IMG/VR virus record: IMGVR_UViG_3300032373_001170
Location: 15,762 to 79,761 of that record
Origin: a virus
Lineage: Duplodnaviria; Caudoviricetes
Length of the DNA stretch: 64,000 bases
Strand: one strand, 5' to 3'
A program made the position numbers and the translations under genes. Every line of letters begins with the position of its first letter. Position 1 is the first letter of the stretch. This document shows, in pieces, positions 25,655-36,837 of the stretch. A model generated the notes under the pieces. The model worked only from the letters and a program-made list of their open reading frames with translations. It was not told the origin of the DNA and made no database searches.

Positions 25655-28600
25655 ATGAAATTGCTTGTATTAGTCAAGTCCCTTGCGAATCAATTAGGAT
25701 TGTTTGATTCATCTGTTGAAATAGATGGCTACACGCGTAAAGACGGTGTATACGTCAAGCCTCATCGATCAACTAGAAAGAAAAAAACTGGTAAGCCTAC
25801 AAACAATAAAATCCCTTATACGCCAGACTTGTTTGCCGATAGCTCCCCATCAGTCACGCAAAAAACAAAAGCTCCCGCTAAATATGAGACAGCTGATATG
25901 TTTGGCGGAGACTCTATTCCTGTTGTATTCAACTCCCCTGTAAAAAGAGAAGATCTTATAGCTGCTGCGGATCGTGAAAACGAAAAAACAGTAACTGATG
26001 TAAAACCGAAAAAAGCTAAAAAGAAAGCAATAAGCGCCAACGAAAAAGAACTGACTAATGCACCAGATCAAGGCAGCGTCAATCAGAGTGATGATTTTGC
26101 GTTTGGAGTTCCTGAGGGAGTAACCAAAGGCGAAAGAGTAAAGCTAAACAATACAGCCCTTGAATTACTATCATCGAAAGAAGGCGATTTTACCACTGAA
26201 GAAAGAGAAGTACTCTCCAAATACAGTGGGCAGGGCGGAGTTGGAGATTCTTTAAATGAATTCTATACGCGACAAGATGTTGCTGATGCTATGTGGTCGG
26301 TACTTCGCAATAATGGATTTCATGGGGGCGATGTTTTAGAACCCTCCTGCGGCACTGGGATGTTTTTACATACTGCGCCAGACGACACAAAAGTAATCGG
26401 TGTTGAGCTAGATACAGCAAGTGCACAGATTGCAAAAGCAATACATCCAGGACATGAAGTTTCGCAAGGCAGTCTTGAAATGTTTGCTACTCAAGATGTT
26501 CGACAGTTTGATGCGGTGATCGGTAATGTTCCTTTTGGGATCCGAGGCGGGTTAATTAAAGATGATAAGCCCTATCTGTCTACCGCAGAACAGTACTTTG
26601 TTGATACTTCGATTGATAAAGCAAAAGAGCACGGGCTTGTCGCGTTGATTGTTCCTACCGGGATAATGGATGGCAAAAATAATCGCTCTTTTCGTGAGAG
26701 AGTACTAAGAAAAGCTGAATTTGTTTCAGCGTATCGTCTACCTAACACAGCATTTGCACATTCACACACGGAAGTTACTTCGGATATCGTCATTTTCAGA
26801 AAACGGCCACAAGATGTGGGGGGGGCGTTAAGTGTTGTTGATCAGCACTCGATGAAGGAGCTGGGCGTTTGGAATTCGGAATTCTTAGCGGGCAATTACT
26901 TTAGCAATAAAGGCCTAGATAACGTTTTTGGCAAGCCTGAGGCAGGTTGGCGAGCTAAGGCTGGTATGGGGAATGATTTCACCGTTGTAGGCTCGATGGA
27001 TGGTGTTGCTGATTCCATTGCGGGTATGGGTGATGGTAATTCAACATCGGATTTAACCGTTCAAAAAATATTAGAAAATCTTGATGATGAGACGAAAGCA
27101 AGAGCGCTAAACGCGACGAGAAAGCCAGTATATGAAGTTGCCGAGCTTGGCGATGTCAAGGTGATTGACGGTATTACATATGTGCTGCAGGGCGAGCCTC
27201 CTAGATGGCACAGAGCCAATGAAGAGGAGATATCTTCAGCGGTAACAGAGGCAAGCGAAGTTTCATTGCAGTTAGACGCAATGTTCGCTGACGATGAAAG
27301 TGGTCGAGATTTCAATCGTGAATCGACGATTAAGTTGTTGGATGATTATGTGTCGCAGCACGGTATCCCGTCAAAAAACAAAGATCTTCAGTTAGCAGCG
27401 AAAAATGACAAGCAGCTATATCGTTTGATTGGCGCTGTAAATGAGGATGGATCTTACTCCGATATGGTGACGGGATCTACGTCTTCCTCTGAAGATTCAG
27501 ATTTTGATAATGTCGCCACACGCTTAATTATTCAAAAAGGTATCTTCAGTGCTGAAGAAATTGCGACAGCATGGTCGGGTGGTGATAAAGAATTATCGCT
27601 AGATCACTTGTTTTCCTCTGATCTCTACGCAGTTGATTCCAACGGTAAAAACTGGACGTCGATGGATGAATATTTGTCAGGCGATCTGTGGGTTAAGTAT
27701 GACGCGATGACCCAGGCGCTTGAACGCGAAGGTATTGCTTCACATTACCTGGATAAGTACAAAAAACAGTTAAATGCACTCGAAGAAGCAATTGCGCCGA
27801 AACTTCTTGAGGATGTTGAATGCCAGATTAACAGTGGGTGGATACCGCTAGCCGTTATAGAGCAGTGGTATAACGAATCGTACGTGCAACCTCGCATAGA
27901 TAATGCTGGGGCAACTGGATGGAAGCCTGATTATATCAAGCTTAGCTATGAATCCGGATTGTATACGGTGGAAGGTGGTCTTTATGATTCTGACTTGATT
28001 ACCAAATACTTGAACCGTACCGGCGTACGAAAAGATGACCTTTCAGATGTTGAAGAATTAAATCTGAGCTTTAAAGATTGGCTATTGTCGTCTGAATCTC
28101 GCGATGAAATCGAGGATTTGTATAACCGAAAATTTCGGGGTTATAGAGCAAAGCAATATTCTGATGCGCCGATGAATATACCCGGAATGAATCCAGCGTT
28201 AGACGTTAATGCGTATCATTTTTCCGGATTACGCTGGGCGCTGGATGCTGGTAAAGGAATCGTAGCAGATGATGTTGGGTTAGGTAAAACCGCCCGTGGT
28301 TTGATGCTGGCGAAGCTTTCAAAAGTAAATGGGACAGCTAAAAAACCAACAATCGTTGTGCCTAAATCAGTGTTGGCCAATTGGAAAGAGGAAATCGATT
28401 TTTGGTTCCCTGGTTCCAAAGTGCTCATTGTCGGTGAAACTTATTCGACGGATAAGGATGGCAATCAAAAATCCGTCACTGACAATAAACAAGCCAGAGA
28501 TAGAAAACTTCACGAGCTATCTCAAAATGAATACGATTTTGTTCTTATTTCTCGACCAGCTTTTAATAATATCGATATAGATCCAATCACGAAGGGTGAA

Positions 28601-31534
28601 TATCTCAATGATGATTTTTGGGTTCAGCGATCAGATGCTTTAGGTCAGGCAGGAGATAAGCGAACCAAAAAAATCCGTGAGTCGTACAATCAAGCCATGG
28701 CTAAACGTGAGTTTAGTGATAGGACAGATGCGATATATTACGATGATCTCGGTATTGATATGTTGATCATGGATGAAATGCACGCCTACAAGAATCTATT
28801 TGCGGCAAGAAGTCGATTTGGTGAGACTCCAAAATTTTTAGGTGGATCCGGATTATCGAACCAAGCATTAGATTTTTACTATAAATCGAGATTACTCAGA
28901 GAGAATAATAACGGCCTTGGTGTCTATGGCTTAACTGCCACGCCAACTAAAAATAGCCCGCTTGAAATTTATTCAATGATTTCTCATATTGCGCCTGAAG
29001 AGTTTACTAAGATTGGTATCAAAAACTCTGAAGACTTCCTTGATCGTTTTTGCGACTTTAAACTTGAAAGTATTCTATCGACATCAGGGGATATCGAAGA
29101 ATGCTCGGCGGTTTCGGGGTTTAAAAATATGGATGAGCTTAGAGAAATAATCAAACGCCATATTGATCGCAGGACGGCTGATCAGGTTGGGTTGAGGCTC
29201 CCTGAGCGCAAAGATATTACGCACATGATCGATATGTCTCCAGAGCAAGAAGACGTCTATGCAGACCTTCGAGTGCGCGCAGCTGAGTCGCATGGTAGCG
29301 ATGATACCGGTGATGCTCATATATTCTCAATTATGAGCGATATGTCAAAAGCTGCGATGGATTTGAATTTGTACGATTCGGAAAAATATAAAAAATCGGC
29401 TAGTCCCAAATATAAGGAGGCAGCGAAGCATATATCGGAGGGCGCGAAAAACGGCGGTCAGGTTGTATTCCTTAATTTTGTAGACGCTCACGAGAAGCTG
29501 ACAGATGAGCTAGTGAAAAATGGAATGAAGCGTTCAGAAATAGGAATTATCAACGCGAAATCCGCAAAGTCATCATCTCAACGGCAAAATATTGCAAACA
29601 AATTTAACGCTGGTGTGCTGAAAGTTGTGATAGGCAACGATGCCACTATGGGCGAGGGTGTTAATCTCCAAAAGAACACTACTGATCTGCATCACATGGA
29701 TTTACCGTGGGAACCTGCGGCAATGCAGCAGCGCGATGGAAGGGGGTTGCGTCAAGGCAATAAGTCAGAGGGAATTCGAATTCATTCTTACTTGGCCAAA
29801 GGTTCTTTTGATGGTTATCGGTATCAAACAATCCGCTCTAAGAAAGATTGGCAGGACTCACTGTGGAATGGCGGTAATAAGCTTGAAAATCTAGCGAGGG
29901 AAGGGTCTTTTAGTCGCGACGATATGTTAATCATGTTATCAGCAGATCCGGAAGAGGCTAGAAAACAGTTTGAAAGCAATAAAGCAGCTGCGCAAGAACG
30001 ATTAGCTGCGGTTAAGAGAGGTGAGTCTTCTGCGTTATTTGTTAAATTTCAAGAAATGAAAAATAGCTTTTCTCAGTTGAGAAATCGCAGCTCCAAATCT
30101 GCAATGAGACTAGAGATGAGCATTAACAAAGCAAGAGATCGCTTGAGTAAAGATAAATATTTCGATTCAAAATCGGCTCTAGATAAAAAAGGGCCAGTGC
30201 TTATGCAGCCGCAAACCGGCGATGTATTTCATGCCGGGGTTGGATTTGAAATGTCGGGTGGCAAGGATCAACCAATGAACTGGTCATCTAGCAAATCAAG
30301 GTGGGTTGTAACCGACGTATCATTGAAGCATAAGCAAATTACTGCTAGGGAGTATGGTAAACCAGAAAGTCGGACGCATAAGTTCGATCTTGAAAAAATG
30401 GGGAAAGGTACTAAGTCTTTTAAGTATGATTATAAAGAAGAAGAGAAAGATATAGGTAAGTTGGCGGTTTCGTCAACGGTAAAAGGTGCCGTTCAAGGTG
30501 GAATTAAACGATGGTCTAAGAATATTGACGGTCATACTGATACCGCATTGCCTCAGAAAATGATTGATGCTGCAACAAATGCAATTCAGAAAAATTCAGC
30601 GAACGATTCTTGGCATATGAATACACAACTATCCGCAGCTATGCATGTTGCGATCAGGGATTCGCTTGATTCTGTAGCGCCTGAAAATATGCATTCTGAG
30701 ACGACTGAAGCTATTGCTGATACGATATTCAAAACCGTAAAGTTTGCCAGCCAGGGTGTTGATATAAATAAAATCAAGTCGCCAGTAGACTTGGCTAGCG
30801 CTAAGCCCGGTTTTATTGAGCATAATAAGGCAGCATTGCAAGCCCATCTTAAATCTAAGGTGCTTGATTATTCCGATGGGACTAGTGGTCCTTATGCGTT
30901 TATCGACAGGGATGGTGAGGCGCTTGCCACTCCAAGTTACGATGGAGGGAAGAAAGTTAACGAATTTGATTTAATGCTCCCTACCAAAGACAACCACTCC
31001 AAGGCCATTCGCGCTTGGGCAAACGAAGAAAAAACCAGGGAAATAGCAACCATATACGGTAATGGAAGACGTGGTTCTGACAGAGCGGAAATTGTTTATC
31101 CTAAGTGGCGATTTGGGCCACATAAACGTAATCCGTGGGCCAGTATCGGCCCCGAGTTGTTTGGTGAATCGTTTGTTGGTGAGGCTAGGGAGCATTTGAA
31201 AAAAGATATTGAGCATGAAGCTAAATATCTAGCGAAAGATTTTGTTCGAACATACAAAACATATAGGCCTCTCGTTGAAATGAAAGGGGGGCGGGCGCAC
31301 TGGCCGGAAAAAGCAATCAATGCTATGTGGGAGAAAGCGAAAACAGCGGGAGAGCTGGATACTAAGGTCAGCGATTTGATTGGTGGCTCTGCAGATTATG
31401 AGTATTTCAAGCATTTTACGAATTTGCCAGTTGGAAATATGTTGCAGCAGCTATCAAGAGTTAATAGCCATGAAGATCTTGAGAAAAAGTTACAGAAGGA
31501 AAATGAAAAGAGAGAAGCATCCGCTGTATCATAA
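25655..31534 (+). CDS. DarB-like N6-adenine methyltransferase plus SNF2 helicase, putative injected protein
   Basis: VLEPSCGTG, IGNVPFG, ADDVGLGKT, MDEMHAYKN, LTATP, QQRDGRGLRQGN. Confidence 0.85.
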   Translation: MKLLVLVKSLANQLGLFDSSVEIDGYTRKDGVYVKPHRSTRKKKTGKPTNNKIPYTPDLFADSSPSVTQKTKAPAKYETADMFGGDSIPVVFNSPVKREDLIAAADRENEKTVTDVKPKKAKKKAISANEKELTNAPDQGSVNQSDDFAFGVPEGVTKGERVKLNNTALELLSSKEGDFTTEEREVLSKYSGQGGVGDSLNEFYTRQDVADAMWSVLRNNGFHGGDVLEPSCGTGMFLHTAPDDTKVIGVELDTASAQIAKAIHPGHEVSQGSLEMFATQDVRQFDAVIGNVPFGIRGGLIKDDKPYLSTAEQYFVDTSIDKAKEHGLVALIVPTGIMDGKNNRSFRERVLRKAEFVSAYRLPNTAFAHSHTEVTSDIVIFRKRPQDVGGALSVVDQHSMKELGVWNSEFLAGNYFSNKGLDNVFGKPEAGWRAKAGMGNDFTVVGSMDGVADSIAGMGDGNSTSDLTVQKILENLDDETKARALNATRKPVYEVAELGDVKVIDGITYVLQGEPPRWHRANEEEISSAVTEASEVSLQLDAMFADDESGRDFNRESTIKLLDDYVSQHGIPSKNKDLQLAAKNDKQLYRLIGAVNEDGSYSDMVTGSTSSSEDSDFDNVATRLIIQKGIFSAEEIATAWSGGDKELSLDHLFSSDLYAVDSNGKNWTSMDEYLSGDLWVKYDAMTQALEREGIASHYLDKYKKQLNALEEAIAPKLLEDVECQINSGWIPLAVIEQWYNESYVQPRIDNAGATGWKPDYIKLSYESGLYTVEGGLYDSDLITKYLNRTGVRKDDLSDVEELNLSFKDWLLSSESRDEIEDLYNRKFRGYRAKQYSDAPMNIPGMNPALDVNAYHFSGLRWALDAGKGIVADDVGLGKTARGLMLAKLSKVNGTAKKPTIVVPKSVLANWKEEIDFWFPGSKVLIVGETYSTDKDGNQKSVTDNKQARDRKLHELSQNEYDFVLISRPAFNNIDIDPITKGEYLNDDFWVQRSDALGQAGDKRTKKIRESYNQAMAKREFSDRTDAIYYDDLGIDMLIMDEMHAYKNLFAARSRFGETPKFLGGSGLSNQALDFYYKSRLLRENNNGLGVYGLTATPTKNSPLEIYSMISHIAPEEFTKIGIKNSEDFLDRFCDFKLESILSTSGDIEECSAVSGFKNMDELREIIKRHIDRRTADQVGLRLPERKDITHMIDMSPEQEDVYADLRVRAAESHGSDDTGDAHIFSIMSDMSKAAMDLNLYDSEKYKKSASPKYKEAAKHISEGAKNGGQVVFLNFVDAHEKLTDELVKNGMKRSEIGIINAKSAKSSSQRQNIANKFNAGVLKVVIGNDATMGEGVNLQKNTTDLHHMDLPWEPAAMQQRDGRGLRQGNKSEGIRIHSYLAKGSFDGYRYQTIRSKKDWQDSLWNGGNKLENLAREGSFSRDDMLIMLSADPEEARKQFESNKAAAQERLAAVKRGESSALFVKFQEMKNSFSQLRNRSSKSAMRLEMSINKARDRLSKDKYFDSKSALDKKGPVLMQPQTGDVFHAGVGFEMSGGKDQPMNWSSSKSRWVVTDVSLKHKQITAREYGKPESRTHKFDLEKMGKGTKSFKYDYKEEEKDIGKLAVSSTVKGAVQGGIKRWSKNIDGHTDTALPQKMIDAATNAIQKNSANDSWHMNTQLSAAMHVAIRDSLDSVAPENMHSETTEAIADTIFKTVKFASQGVDINKIKSPVDLASAKPGFIEHNKAALQAHLKSKVLDYSDGTSGPYAFIDRDGEALATPSYDGGKKVNEFDLMLPTKDNHSKAIRAWANEEKTREIATIYGNGRRGSDRAEIVYPKWRFGPHKRNPWASIGPELFGESFVGEAREHLKKDIEHEAKYLAKDFVRTYKTYRPLVEMKGGRAHWPEKAINAMWEKAKTAGELDTKVSDLIGGSADYEYFKHFTNLPVGNMLQQLSRVNSHEDLEKKLQKENEKREASAVS

Positions 31535-31546
31535 ATAGAGAGAGTA

Positions 31547-31873
31547 ATGAATAAAAACGAATTAGATAAATGCTTGATTAGTATATTACAAATATTGCAA
31601 GCAAAGCCATTAGCCTACCGATCATTCGGTATTTACTGGTGGCCAATTAAAGCAATTCTGAAGCAGAAATATACAAAAGAGAATTTGTATCTGCTTGGTG
31701 ACTATGTGGATCCAGATGGTGTGGAAAGAGTGCCGGATGTCGGGGTGTCTGAAATGATTAAACAGGCCTTCTCAGAATTTCAAATGAATACTTCCTTTGG
31801 TTTTGACGGTAATCAAGTTACCGACACCGAAGGTGAACCGTACACTATATTTGATCAGGATGCGGATATCTGA
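31547..31873 (+). CDS. hypothetical protein
   Basis: 108-aa ORF. Confidence 0.6.
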   Translation: MNKNELDKCLISILQILQAKPLAYRSFGIYWWPIKAILKQKYTKENLYLLGDYVDPDGVERVPDVGVSEMIKQAFSEFQMNTSFGFDGNQVTDTEGEPYTIFDQDADI

Positions 31874-31955
31874 ACACCTAGCCGAAAAGGATCAATGGTT
31901 TTTGAAGTGTAGCCGGTGACGCAGGTCGTTACCATAGGCTATCTTCAGGTGATTG

Positions 31956-31970
31956 TCGTGAATGTAATAT
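31956..31970 (+). promoter_or_regulatory. putative late promoter TCGTGA-ATG-TAATAT
   Basis: 6 nt upstream of ATG 31977. Confidence 0.7.
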
Positions 31971-31976
31971 TTCGAC

Positions 31977-34900
31977 ATGAGCCTACTCAATAAAGCTATT
32001 TTATTCATCAAATCTATCCCTTCAGGTGCTCGCTGGATTACTGTACACCCACATAAAGACGGTAAAGGTCAACCTCTGCTCATCCAAGAAGAAAGAAACG
32101 GGACTGCTCGTGTTATTGGTGGGGCCGGAGGTAAGCTTAACTATCTGAAACTAAAAGGCGTTAAGTCCGAGGCGGAGTATAAAAAGCAATCAGCCGATAA
32201 AGCAAAAGCCAAAACTGCAGAAAAAAAAGCTCAACGAAAACGAGACAAAGATCTAGGCGTATACGAGGCAAAGAAGCAAGCAAAAGAGAATGTTTCTAGT
32301 CAACGCATAGCGCATGAAAAAGAATATATAAAAACAGTTTCTAGCGCTATGGGCTGGGATGACAAGGAGACTGAGTTTCCAGAAGAGCTTTATGAGAATG
32401 TATCAGAAAATGCGCGCACCAAAGCAAAAGAAAAGCATCATCGTCAGCTCTTATCGAAAGCTAACGAAGCGGTTGAGGTTCAACGGCGACAGCTTGTCGT
32501 TGATGCTGATGCACGAACGCAAGCCGATATCGGGGAAATACCCCTAGACTCCGATGATAGCAATGTATTATCGGTCGATGATATTGACCCTATTCACATT
32601 CCGGCAGGATTAGGTTATACGGCGAATTACAGTAAACGCGCAGAACAGAAAGGCCTGACAAAAGACCAGTTGAGTGATGAGCTGCGTTCGCTGCGAAAGG
32701 ATGGCGAAAGTAAAGCGAATTCCTCAACCAATAAAGCGAGGCAGATAGCTGATGAATTGAAAAATATTAGGGATGAGTCAGTTTCAGGTATTCATGCAGG
32801 AATCGCCGATCCAGCGGAAGCGGTCAAACTTATCAAGGCGCAGAAAGCACTTAAAGAAATTCAGAAAAAAGCGCGGCAAGCGAACACAGATATCGATTCA
32901 TCAATTGAACCTAAAGCGTATGTTTTATCTGTTTCGAATAATGAGATCAATATTGATTCTGATCTTGAGAATGATTTAAGAACGTTAAAAACAAGAGCTT
33001 TTCTTTCCGAGGTCGGAAAGATCGATGATTACGAAAAGTCACTTGGTAAACATTTAGGCGTTGGTTCGTATAACGCAATCAATTCATTCTCCCTGACTGC
33101 GACTGGATCCGCCTTAATTGATCGTGATGTCGTCGATGTGCTTGGCGTTGCTGGCGCGTCACAAGTCGTTATTCGTCGATTAACGAAAGACATGACCGAT
33201 GATGAAATGTCGAATATTAAACAGGCGCTTGAGCAATTTCATAAAGATCATTATATACCCATGACTGACAGTGCGTTGAAGCGAACGCAGGAATTGCATG
33301 ATGTCGCCAAAGAGATTGAAATTAATTCCGCCATGGATGGCGCTGATCTATCGCAGATGATGACATTGAACGAGCAGCGTAAGAATGCAATCGCTGAGGC
33401 GCAAAAGATAATCGGTCAAACGCTTGGGGAAATGGAGACAAATGCTGCGCTCATTATGGCATTAGGCCAAGGGAGAAAAGATCAAGTAGAAGTTTCCATG
33501 GGCAAAACATCAAATGAGCAAGCGATAAAACAAGCCAGGGCTATTGGGTTAGAGCGCGGTGATTACGTTATTGCCAAAGCTGGAGTAAATCGATTTTTGA
33601 CGATAAGCGCTGATGGTATGGATCGATTAGCAAGCCCGGTAAACAGAGGCGACATTGAGCACCAGCGCAAAACGATGGATATCATCGAGGGGCGCAACGA
33701 TGAAGATAACTGGCTGCCTGGAGGGATTGCAAATCGTCCTGATCTTTCTTTAAGTCTAATGCCTGGAGTTGCCGAAAAGCTTTCAAAGCCATTTAACGCT
33801 GATGGAAATGTTGAGCAGTCAATTAAGGACTACATTGGCGGCAGAACTGCTGATGGAGACAAGCCCGTCGATATCATTTCCGACCTGATGTCGCAAGATA
33901 TGCCTCAGCATACAGTTGGTCGAGACTCTTATATTGCCGCTCTTAACAAGATCGCACCTTTAAAAGCTGATGACGGCTCAATGATCCGCGCAGAAAATCA
34001 TGAGAAAGCATTTCAAAGCATGGCTGATGATTTTGTTCAGGCTCAATATGGTAGTAAAAGGCAACCAATACATCAACAGACTTTCGAAACTGATCACTTT
34101 GCAGTCGATGCGCTGCATCGGGCGTTATCACAAGAGCCGATGGGTATCGCTGCTTATAAGCCAATTGGTGAGCTTGATAAAAAAGAGTGTCACCAATTAA
34201 GGAAATATTTTGCCAAACATATTGGTAAGCAAGATGAAAACGTAAATCAGCTAAGAGAGAATTTAGCGCTGCATCTTGGCAAGCAGCCGGAAAAAGAAAT
34301 CGAGGATATGTTCGGAACCGGGACAAATCCGGAGTATACCGACTGGAAGTCAAAACGAGATTCGTTATCTGAGGATATCAATAGCGCAGAGCTAAACTGG
34401 CAAAAGTATTCAAAAATGATGGGCGGCCCTGAAAAGGCATATGCAGCGATTCAGGATGTAGTTCGTTCTAGTGTTTCGAAATCATTTCAAGAAACCTATA
34501 ACACGTTAAACCCGTCTTCACCGTTAAAATTAGGCAGAACTGTAATCCGAGGCAATTTAAACCATCTGGACGCTGTCGATCGTGACGCCAGAGATAAGCG
34601 AGTAACCGAGCAGAGAGAACTGGTGGATTCTCTAAGGGATAGAGTTCAGGGGCGTTATGCGTCAGGCGCAGTGTCTGACAAAATGGATGCCGCAAGGGAA
34701 AATATAGAGGCAATGTCTCAGTCTCAAATGGGTTTTTTCTCAACTCATGAAAGCGAACCTGAGAAAGAAGTGCCTTTAGCCAGAGACGAACGAAATACCC
34801 TCGGACATGCTGCTGAGTTAAAAATCGCAAGCATGATGCCTATTGTCGGGAAGAACTTCAAAGCTGATCAGCCTACGCAATTATGGCAAGCGAGCATGAA

Positions 34901-36467
34901 TGGAAAGTATATTAATCAGCAGCGTGCGGTAAAGCTGATTGAGCATAATAAAAGGCTTGTTCTTGCTCAGGGTGTCGGCTCAGGTAAATCGCTTATTGGT
35001 TTGGCGGGGTTTTCGCATTTGCACGAACAAGGTAAAGCGCATCGTGGGCTATTCATTGTTCCGTCAATCGTTCAAGGACAATTCAATGGTGAGGCGCTTC
35101 GTTATCTAGATCCGGGAAAATTCAAATGGCATGCGCAACCTGGAGCGAGTCGAGAAGAGAGAATTCAAGGGTACAAGGATCCTGAAAATCATTTCTCTGT
35201 TGTTACTCATGCAGGATTTCGTGATGACATGCTTTATCTTGGAGCTAAGCAATCGGGCATTGAAAAAGAGGAAATGAGCAATCGAGTTAATAGCATGACT
35301 GACCCAGAGCGAAAAGCGTGGGCAAAGTCGGTGATGACTGCCGAAGGCATTGATTACGATTATCTCATGGTCGATGAAGGTCATGATTTACTTAATCGTG
35401 CAGGAAAACAAAATTCGAGGATGGCCAATGTCATTGATGGCGTTAGTGCAAACGCGTCATATTACGTTAGCGCAAGCGCTGATCCCGTTAAAAATGACGC
35501 ATCTGAGGTCCATGATTTGCTAAGAAAAATGGACCCTGAGAAATATTCAGACAGAGATAAGTTTATGCGTCGTTATGGCGTTGATACTGTTTCGTCCAAG
35601 GAGGGGTTGCGGCGGGAAATGTCTCGTTATTTTTACCCTGGTCGTATCGAATCAGGAAAAAAGGCGCATAAGATAACAAAGACGTTACCTTTAAGCTCTG
35701 CACAAAAAGAATCTTTGGGCAGAATCGATAGAGCTGTGGCTCAGTCTCGAATTGAAAAAATTCGGGGTAATGTAGATGTTGATAGTATGAAGATATTATC
35801 TCCAGCTTCATTTGAAAATTCGGATGTTGGTCAGCACAAAGAAATCGCTGCAAAGCTTCAAGACAATGTTGGAATTATGCATTCTACGGCGGTCAGGCGA
35901 ATTCTCGATTCTCATGCTGAAAATCCAAAAATGGATTACGTGGATAAATTTGCCGAAGAAAGGCGCGGGAAACCTGGGGTCATATTTGCGCATTCACTTG
36001 ATTCCGTTTCTCAGATCGAGAAGAGACTAAGAAAAAACGGGCATAAGGTAGTAACGCTTACCGGTAACGATTCATCTAGTGACAAAGAAAAGAAAAAGCA
36101 AGCGTTTAAGCCTGAGCATGATGGTGAGGCGGAAGCGGATATTATAATTGCTTCTGATGCCGGGGCAACCGGCGCAAATTTGCAGCGCGGGCAATGGCTG
36201 GTTCAATACGATACACCGATGACCGCAAAAACACACGCGCAACGTCGAGGACGTATTGATCGTCTTGGACAAAAGAACGATGTTGAATTGGTTGACTTAG
36301 TATCTGATCATGCAACAGAACGAAAAAATCGTCGTCGCCTAACTAATAAATATCAGTTGCGTGAGGTGCTTACCTCTCCACTTGAAGGTTTAGATGATAC
36401 TGGTTTTGCCGGCTACCTTCAAAAGTCAAAACTAAAGAAAGAGGGTAACGATGGAACAGCCCATTAA
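31977..36467 (+). CDS. large SNF2/SF2 helicase-domain protein, putative injected protein
   Basis: AQGVGSGKS, VDEGH, SASADP, GANLQ, QRRGRIDRLGQ; N-terminal WITVHP motif. Confidence 0.8.
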   Translation: MSLLNKAILFIKSIPSGARWITVHPHKDGKGQPLLIQEERNGTARVIGGAGGKLNYLKLKGVKSEAEYKKQSADKAKAKTAEKKAQRKRDKDLGVYEAKKQAKENVSSQRIAHEKEYIKTVSSAMGWDDKETEFPEELYENVSENARTKAKEKHHRQLLSKANEAVEVQRRQLVVDADARTQADIGEIPLDSDDSNVLSVDDIDPIHIPAGLGYTANYSKRAEQKGLTKDQLSDELRSLRKDGESKANSSTNKARQIADELKNIRDESVSGIHAGIADPAEAVKLIKAQKALKEIQKKARQANTDIDSSIEPKAYVLSVSNNEINIDSDLENDLRTLKTRAFLSEVGKIDDYEKSLGKHLGVGSYNAINSFSLTATGSALIDRDVVDVLGVAGASQVVIRRLTKDMTDDEMSNIKQALEQFHKDHYIPMTDSALKRTQELHDVAKEIEINSAMDGADLSQMMTLNEQRKNAIAEAQKIIGQTLGEMETNAALIMALGQGRKDQVEVSMGKTSNEQAIKQARAIGLERGDYVIAKAGVNRFLTISADGMDRLASPVNRGDIEHQRKTMDIIEGRNDEDNWLPGGIANRPDLSLSLMPGVAEKLSKPFNADGNVEQSIKDYIGGRTADGDKPVDIISDLMSQDMPQHTVGRDSYIAALNKIAPLKADDGSMIRAENHEKAFQSMADDFVQAQYGSKRQPIHQQTFETDHFAVDALHRALSQEPMGIAAYKPIGELDKKECHQLRKYFAKHIGKQDENVNQLRENLALHLGKQPEKEIEDMFGTGTNPEYTDWKSKRDSLSEDINSAELNWQKYSKMMGGPEKAYAAIQDVVRSSVSKSFQETYNTLNPSSPLKLGRTVIRGNLNHLDAVDRDARDKRVTEQRELVDSLRDRVQGRYASGAVSDKMDAARENIEAMSQSQMGFFSTHESEPEKEVPLARDERNTLGHAAELKIASMMPIVGKNFKADQPTQLWQASMNGKYINQQRAVKLIEHNKRLVLAQGVGSGKSLIGLAGFSHLHEQGKAHRGLFIVPSIVQGQFNGEALRYLDPGKFKWHAQPGASREERIQGYKDPENHFSVVTHAGFRDDMLYLGAKQSGIEKEEMSNRVNSMTDPERKAWAKSVMTAEGIDYDYLMVDEGHDLLNRAGKQNSRMANVIDGVSANASYYVSASADPVKNDASEVHDLLRKMDPEKYSDRDKFMRRYGVDTVSSKEGLRREMSRYFYPGRIESGKKAHKITKTLPLSSAQKESLGRIDRAVAQSRIEKIRGNVDVDSMKILSPASFENSDVGQHKEIAAKLQDNVGIMHSTAVRRILDSHAENPKMDYVDKFAEERRGKPGVIFAHSLDSVSQIEKRLRKNGHKVVTLTGNDSSSDKEKKKQAFKPEHDGEAEADIIIASDAGATGANLQRGQWLVQYDTPMTAKTHAQRRGRIDRLGQKNDVELVDLVSDHATERKNRRRLTNKYQLREVLTSPLEGLDDTGFAGYLQKSKLKKEGNDGTAH

Positions 36468-36690
36468 TACACTAAAGCGCAGACTGATGGAGCTTTCCTC
36501 TTTAACGAGTAAATCTAATATAACGTCCGAAAAGATCAAGCAAGCTGCTGCTGATCGGCTAGACGTAGTAAATCAAAATATCAAAAAGCTGCGCCCCCGT
36601 GTCATTCAAGATGATGCCGCAGCTGAGCTGTACAAAAAATATGTATACGAGCGTGGTCAGCTTTCTTTATTGATCGGAAAATCAAAATAA
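36451..36690 (+). CDS. hypothetical protein
   Basis: 79-aa helical ORF. Confidence 0.55.
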   Translation: MEQPINTLKRRLMELSSLTSKSNITSEKIKQAAADRLDVVNQNIKKLRPRVIQDDAAAELYKKYVYERGQLSLLIGKSK

Positions 36691-36749
36691 ATCCCCTGGA
36701 ATACTCTTTTACTTTCTTTATACAGCGTTGTGTTTGCCGTAACTCGTAG

Positions 36750-36764
36750 TCGTGAAACTATATT
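36750..36764 (+). promoter_or_regulatory. putative late promoter TCGTGA-AAC-TATATT (capsid operon)
   Basis: Recurrent motif. Confidence 0.7.
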
Positions 36765-36837
36765 TATAACTCACAAAGTGAGGACCTTAGGGACGATTAA
36801 GCACTAAACAAAGCGCTTTCCGCCTCCTTTTTAATTT

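Noticed and set aside
36818-36835. Anti-SD-like CCTCCTT in the protease leader
   Set aside because: Single short match with no clear pairing partner; cannot be told from chance.
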